This document shows, one piece after another, positions 15,803 through 20,557 of a stretch of DNA of 20,557 nucleotides. The notes beneath the pieces were generated by a model. That model was given only the letters and a program-made list of their open reading frames with translations, searched no databases and was not told where the DNA came from. Each line of letters starts with the position of its first letter. Position 1 is the first letter of the stretch. Both the position numbers and the translations under genes were made by a program. The DNA lies in the NCBI GenBank assembly GCA_045805065.1, contig JBJMMA010000012.1, forward strand, positions 1 through 20,557, read 5' to 3'. The DNA comes from Bdellovibrionia bacterium (lineage in GTDB: Bacteria; Bdellovibrionota; UBA1018).

Positions 15803-18130
15803 ATGAGTAGTACGTGGACAACCTCTGGGTTAAGTGCAGCCGCACTTGTCCTTTTAGCAAGCGGCTGTGAGCCCATCCAGCTTCCTAGCAACATCCAAAT
15901 TATAACGGCTTCCCCAAGTCCTTCAACAGACACGAAAGCCAGCCCAACACCGACTTCTACGCCTTCTGGGACTCCTACGGCAACTCCTTCGCCGTCGGCA
16001 TCGCCGACGAAGTCTCCTACGCCATCACCATCTCCTTCAGTATCGCCATCTCCTTCAGCATCACCTACGGTCACGCCCAAGCCAAGCCCGACTGTCACGG
16101 TGACCCCGACTCCTGCGCCTACTGTCTCGCCCCCGATTTCTGTCGGAGCAAAGATTACCGATATCAAAGTCAGCGCAACTTCTAGCCTGACTGCTCAACT
16201 CAATGTACCGATCACGTTTGGCATTCCATTTCCAAAAGGGGCGCTGCCATCTGGGAAAGTTGCGGTCTTGAGAGATCCAAGCACTCAGAGCGTGATTCCG
16301 ACTCAGTTTGAAATCAAACCCACGCATGATGACGGATCTGCAAGACATGCGATCGTCACAGCGATCCTGCCTCAAATTGGCGCAGGCGCTACAATGAATC
16401 TGGATCTACTCAGTGCTCAAGCTTCCCAGCAAACGCCAATGACCATCGCAACGCTTTTTAGCAAAGGTTTTACGACCTCCGTCAGCGTTACGATCAGCGG
16501 GACTGTCTATCAAGCCACTTTGAACACAAGTAACTATGCGTCCTTGCAAAAGGGAACCTGGCTTCAAGGACCGCTGGCAACAGAAGGGCTTTTCAAGGTT
16601 CCACTGACTGCAAATGGATCGGCGCATCCTCTTCTTCATGCGCGCTTTTATGTTCGTGCCTTCCAGGGCGGAACCAATGCACGCGTGGGTGTCTCCATTG
16701 AGAACACCGATGCTTACACGGCACCTGCCAACGTGACGTATGATCTGCAAGTGCAAGTGGGGGGAAAGACGGTTCTCTCGCAAGCAGCTGTCCCTCATTA
16801 CCATCACTCGCGTTGGTACCGGGTTTTCAACTACGGAGTGCAACCTAACGCAACTGTAGGACTCAATCCTCAGTTCCTCTTGAGCTCACCTGCGGTTCCT
16901 CACTACGATCCAGCACTCAAGATTGCCGACAGCGCAATTACCGATTGGGCAAATCGCTGGAGCTCGAGTAATGGGCTCATGCAAATTGGCCCTGTGAATG
17001 CGTATATGCCAACGACGGGTGGACGCCCGGACATTGGCCCTCTTCCTTCTTGGAGTGCAATCCATGTGCTCACACAGGATCCACGTGCTTATGATGTAGC
17101 TGTGGGCACGGGCTATCAGTCTGGCTCCTGGTCAATGCATTATCGCGATAAGGACACCGATCTTCCACTCAGCATTGATCGCTATCCTTATGCAACGATC
17201 CTGGGTCACACGGGCGATACAGTAAATCCTGCAACCAAGCAGGCTGAGGCATTCCCAGTATGTGCATCCGATTGCAGCACTCCGTACACGCACGATACTG
17301 CGCATACCCCATCGTTTGCTTACTATCCTTATCTCATTTCCGGGGACTATTTCCTCATGGAAGAGATGATGTTCTGGGGTTCCTACGAATTGTTCGAGGA
17401 TAATCCGTACTACCGCAACTTCGCGGATGGTCTTGTCAAAGCGGGTCAGGTTCGCGGTCAGGCATGGAACCTGCGCACCTATATGGAAAATGCGTATATC
17501 TTGCCGGATGATCATCCTTACAAGGCTTACTTCACGGATAAGCTCTTAAGGAATCTTGCCTGGTTCGATAAGACCTACGTTCAGAATACGGACAACGTAC
17601 TGGGTATCATTACGAATGGCTATGCCATGGCTTACAACAATGGAACCGGCATGGCGCCATGGATGCAGCACTTTTTTACGTGGTCCATTGGGAACGCGTA
17701 TAAAATGGGCTTCACGACTAGCAAGAGCTTCCTGACGTTTCTCTCGAAGTATCAAACCTCGATCATGACGGACCCGAGCTACTGCTGGATTGAGGCATCA
17801 TCCTATACGATGACGGTTCGTGCGTCCTCGACTTCTCCGTACTTCACGAACTTTGGAGACGTCTACAAAGCCACTGTCCCGTCCAACGTTTCCGGACTTG
17901 CTTGCGGAAGCCAGGAGATGGCAACTGCTCTGAGTCTCAAGGTGGGCGAGATGAGTGGATACGCTTCTGCAACGGAAGGCTATCCATCCAACTCGCAGCC
18001 TGCACTTGCGATCATCGTGGATGATGGAATGCCGAACGCCCAGGCGGCGTGGACTCAGTTCATGGCTCGTACCGTGAAGCCTGATTATTCCACGGACCCA
18101 GTTTGGGACATTGTGCCTGCTACGAAGTAG
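15803..18130 (+). CDS. Large lipoprotein: Pro/Ser/Thr linker plus PcRGLX/YetA-like (putative glycan-acting) module
   Basis: GGAGA RBS; lipobox LASGC; VPITFGIPFPKG...PTQ...DGSARHA N-domain; WLQGPL; aromatic-rich C-domain (YMPTTGGRPDIG, AHTPS, QVRGQAW). Confidence 0.7.
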   Translation: MSSTWTTSGLSAAALVLLASGCEPIQLPSNIQIITASPSPSTDTKASPTPTSTPSGTPTATPSPSASPTKSPTPSPSPSVSPSPSASPTVTPKPSPTVTVTPTPAPTVSPPISVGAKITDIKVSATSSLTAQLNVPITFGIPFPKGALPSGKVAVLRDPSTQSVIPTQFEIKPTHDDGSARHAIVTAILPQIGAGATMNLDLLSAQASQQTPMTIATLFSKGFTTSVSVTISGTVYQATLNTSNYASLQKGTWLQGPLATEGLFKVPLTANGSAHPLLHARFYVRAFQGGTNARVGVSIENTDAYTAPANVTYDLQVQVGGKTVLSQAAVPHYHHSRWYRVFNYGVQPNATVGLNPQFLLSSPAVPHYDPALKIADSAITDWANRWSSSNGLMQIGPVNAYMPTTGGRPDIGPLPSWSAIHVLTQDPRAYDVAVGTGYQSGSWSMHYRDKDTDLPLSIDRYPYATILGHTGDTVNPATKQAEAFPVCASDCSTPYTHDTAHTPSFAYYPYLISGDYFLMEEMMFWGSYELFEDNPYYRNFADGLVKAGQVRGQAWNLRTYMENAYILPDDHPYKAYFTDKLLRNLAWFDKTYVQNTDNVLGIITNGYAMAYNNGTGMAPWMQHFFTWSIGNAYKMGFTTSKSFLTFLSKYQTSIMTDPSYCWIEASSYTMTVRASSTSPYFTNFGDVYKATVPSNVSGLACGSQEMATALSLKVGEMSGYASATEGYPSNSQPALAIIVDDGMPNAQAAWTQFMARTVKPDYSTDPVWDIVPATK
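15911..16135 (+). repeat. Coding low-complexity (S/T-P)n linker
   Basis: SPSPSTDTKASPTPTSTPSGTPTATPSPSASPTKSPTPSPSPSVSPSPSASPTVTPKPSPTVTVTPTPAPTVSPP with diversified codons. Confidence 0.9.
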
Positions 18131-18137
18131 TGCGCAA

Positions 18138-19283
18138 TTAGTCGTGATACAGGCGATTGAGCCTGTTTAAAATGGACCGGCTGCAGTTTCGTTGTGCTTC
18201 GGCATAACGCTGCAGTCGGTTTTTTATTTCTGGAAATGCCGCGAGTCTTTCGTGCGGATTCAGTTTCAGACCATTGATGACAAACTCATGAAGCTCTTTG
18301 AGATGTTCCTCGTCGACTTTGGTTTTGAGCTGGTTTTGCAGATCGTTGAAGCGTTCATCGATGCTTTTGATGTACTCGTTATAAAGTCTTGGGTTGTCAA
18401 AGATGTTGTAGAGCTCGGCTTCAAACTGCGCAGGAGTTGCGGCGGATCCTTTCAGTGCCTTGAAATGTTTCTCAAAGGGGTGGTCCCCAAACATCAGAGT
18501 GTGAACCGCTACCGCGTGGCTATATAGATCACGAGAGGCTGAGGCGCGCTCCATGTCATCTACCACGAGTTCAGGTGGGGCGTATCCCTCGGTATGAACT
18601 CGTTGAAGCTGTCCGATATGCGCCAGGGTGTCGAAATCCGAGAGTGAGAAATGAAGTTTGGAGATATCGGGTTTCTCAAAATCAAACCCAGGCCTCGTCG
18701 TATAAAGAACATTCTCAGGTTTGATATCTCCATGGGCCAGTCCATGAGAGCTTAAGAGCGTGATCGCAGATAAAATGTCACGTTTGTATCTGAGCGCAAC
18801 TTCGAGTTTTGCACCAAAGTAGGGGTGTCTCGGATTGAGTTTTAGCGAAGGGGCGGCCGATTGCGCAGAACCGTTGGCAAGTTCCACAAGAACGACCTGC
18901 GATACGGACGGAGCGTGGTGAGGATCTTCTGAGATGAGTTTAAGGCCGGCAATGCCGTGTGAAAGAACGCTTTCTTTGTCTTCCGCGCGGGTGGGTTCCA
19001 GAAGCGCCCAGGATTCTTGGATGTCTTCTATGGTTGAGGAATGAATGGAGGGCTTAAATTCTTTCAGAGCTTTTTTGAGAACATGGCCTTGAGGATCTCG
19101 AAAGCTTACTTCATATACGTCGCTATAACCGCCTTTGCCGAGCTCACTTTTCACTTCCAGAACTTCACCGATCAACGTTCCGTCGCTGTAGAGCTTTCCT
19201 TTGGAGGCCGCAAAGGAGTGCCCCGTCGGCATGACAAGGAGCCATGCGAATAGAAGGAGAGCGTTATAACGCAGGCGGGGCAT
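18138..19283 (-). CDS. Hanks-type Ser/Thr protein kinase with N-terminal signal peptide
   Basis: LGKGGYSDVY, ALK74, HGD186IKPEN, D216FD, GYAPPE, RDLYS, PHER; leader MPRLRYNALLLFAWLLVMPTGHSFA. Confidence 0.88.
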   Translation of the reverse strand: MPRLRYNALLLFAWLLVMPTGHSFAASKGKLYSDGTLIGEVLEVKSELGKGGYSDVYEVSFRDPQGHVLKKALKEFKPSIHSSTIEDIQESWALLEPTRAEDKESVLSHGIAGLKLISEDPHHAPSVSQVVLVELANGSAQSAAPSLKLNPRHPYFGAKLEVALRYKRDILSAITLLSSHGLAHGDIKPENVLYTTRPGFDFEKPDISKLHFSLSDFDTLAHIGQLQRVHTEGYAPPELVVDDMERASASRDLYSHAVAVHTLMFGDHPFEKHFKALKGSAATPAQFEAELYNIFDNPRLYNEYIKSIDERFNDLQNQLKTKVDEEHLKELHEFVINGLKLNPHERLAAFPEIKNRLQRYAEAQRNCSRSILNRLNRLYHD

Positions 19284-19289
19284 AAGGTC

Positions 19290-19317
19290 TTATCGAAAGA
19301 AGGAGAGATTCAATTTA
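19290..19317 (-). promoter_or_regulatory. Sigma28 (FliA)-like promoter of the kinase gene
   Basis: Minus strand TAAA-N16-TTCGATAA, ending 6 nt before the ATG; no SD sequence in between. Confidence 0.5.
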
Positions 19318-19331
19318 AGGTGTTTACTTAT

Positions 19332-19353
19332 TTTATGTCAGATCCGACACAAA
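19332..19353. promoter_or_regulatory. Imperfect palindrome, candidate operator in divergent promoter region
   Basis: TTTATGTCAGATCCGACACAAA, 9 of 11 symmetric pairs. Confidence 0.35.
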
Positions 19354-19434
19354 TTGTTAATCGCTGCGTATACCTCTAGACTTGAAAAACACAAAGAGTC
19401 AAGCCTGCGTGGTTTGACGGGGTGGGGGATAAAT

Positions 19435-20556
19435 ATGAGTCAGGGAAAAAATAAGTTTAGGGGTATTGCGGGTTTTGCGCTGGTGAGCGGAATTGCTGCT
19501 ACAAGCGCGCAAGCTGCCGTGACTTCGGGACAGACCTATAAAATTGTCTCAGCTTGCAGTACATCCGGACAAGTCATGGCGGTTGCCAATGACAGTCTGT
19601 TGAATAATGCTTCGATTGTTCTTGCCGCAAGAAACGATTCAAAAAGCTCACAAGTTTTTAAATTCGACGCTTATGGAGGGGGTTACAAGATCACTGCGAT
19701 GAATAGCGGCAAAACGCTCAATATTGCCAACGCTTCCGCGGCAAGCAAAGCGCCTTTGGAGCAATACAAGTTCACTGCCGTGCCAAGCGAGATCTTCACT
19801 ATCGAATCCACCTCGGATGGTTATTCGCGATTGAAAAACGTTAACAGTGGCCTTTACCTGAATCTGGTCAAGGCCTCGATCGCAAACGGTACTCCGTTTG
19901 AGCAATACATCAGCAGCACGGCTTGCGCAGAGAAGTTCTCTCTCGTGGCGTTTAAAATGGCCTCACCAAGCCCGTCTCCATCGCCATCGCCGAGCGCGTC
20001 ACCTAAGCCGAGCCCATCACCGTCTCCATCGCCAAGTCCGTCACCCACCGTGGCAGCTCGCGATCCGCTCAAGCAACCTTTCGCAAGCAACAGTATCTGG
20101 AACATGCCGATCGGAAGCGGCGCCGTCTACGTGCCATCCAATCTGGCCCAGAACTCAAATCCTTCGAATAACATCTGGGCTCCGTTTCCGGGCATGGACG
20201 AAGATCTCATTGTTCTGACTCCAACGGCTCCCATGACTCAGGTCTACTACAGCAGTGCTGGCTGGAGCGGAGCCAATCGGTGCACGCCTACCGGAAGCTT
20301 GCAGACTTCCGTTCCTATGCCGAGCAACTTCATCGTCCCTAATGGAAACGGAAACGTCTCAGCTGCCTTCTTGATGGCAGACAAGCGCTCGATCGTTCAG
20401 ATGCAACCCGTTGCTCGCTGCACGTCCGGCGGCTACGCTACAAGCTATGCTTTCTGGAGTGCCGTGGATCTCTACGGCGATGGCCGTGCGGGCGCTCATG
20501 GTGGCTCAGGACTCTCGGCCATCGGCGGAACGATTCGTGTGGGTGAACTGAGACCT
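19435..20556 (+). CDS. Secreted ricin-B (beta-trefoil) lectin domain protein with Ser-Pro linker and uncharacterised C-domain; 3'-truncated
   Basis: Translated by hand (not in ORF track): MSQGKNKFRGIAGFALVSGIAATSAQA leader, YKIVSA/YKITAMNSGKTLNI/YSRLKNVNSGLYLNL repeats, (SP)n, RDPLKQPFASNSIWNMPIGSGA...GAHGGSGLSAIGGTIRVGEL; no stop before window end; GGGGG RBS. Confidence 0.88.
   Translation, partial: MSQGKNKFRGIAGFALVSGIAATSAQAAVTSGQTYKIVSACSTSGQVMAVANDSLLNNASIVLAARNDSKSSQVFKFDAYGGGYKITAMNSGKTLNIANASAASKAPLEQYKFTAVPSEIFTIESTSDGYSRLKNVNSGLYLNLVKASIANGTPFEQYISSTACAEKFSLVAFKMASPSPSPSPSPSASPKPSPSPSPSPSPSPTVAARDPLKQPFASNSIWNMPIGSGAVYVPSNLAQNSNPSNNIWAPFPGMDEDLIVLTPTAPMTQVYYSSAGWSGANRCTPTGSLQTSVPMPSNFIVPNGNGNVSAAFLMADKRSIVQMQPVARCTSGGYATSYAFWSAVDLYGDGRAGAHGGSGLSAIGGTIRVGELRP
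19963..20049 (+). repeat. Coding (SP)n linker
   Basis: SPSPSPSPSPSASPKPSPSPSPSPSPSPT. Confidence 0.9.
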
Positions 20557-20557
20557 G

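Noticed and set aside
15787..16167. Gly/Asp/Val-rich antisense ORFs (also 19854-20105) and repeat arrays as CRISPR/VNTR
   Set aside because: Reverse-strand reading of Pro/Ser/Thr linkers; repeats exist at protein level with varied codons, with no repeat-spacer structure
18131..18137. Terminators between convergent gene pairs (also 936-937 and 12091-12104)
   Set aside because: Gaps of 7 and 2 nt, or a 14-nt overlap, leave no room and no hairpin-U tract was seen; common in compact genomes

Overview
Bacterial chromosomal window, probably from a Bdellovibrionota/Oligoflexia-like or other deltaproteobacteria-related organism (inferred from gene content, not from a search). Housekeeping genes are guaA (5'-truncated), dnaE and lipB. 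Between guaA and dnaE lies a small accessory block: AraC regulator with divergent SRPBCC protein, alpha/beta hydrolase, DUF1330, XRE-MmyB regulator with two candidate operators, YHS protein and a degenerate ferritin-like protein. dnaE is followed by a two-gene envelope module (exported protein plus CsgG/FlgT-like lipoprotein). From 12.1 kb to the end, all six genes encode signal-peptide proteins: papain-like peptidase, metallophosphoesterase, transglutaminase-like protein, a large Pro/Ser/Thr-linker lipoprotein, a Hanks-type protein kinase, and a ricin-lectin protein missing from the ORF track. The most striking item is the exported kinase, which has a lone C-terminal Cys tag and a sigma28-like, apparently leaderless promoter. 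No rRNA, tRNA, CRISPR, integrase or transposase was recognised.
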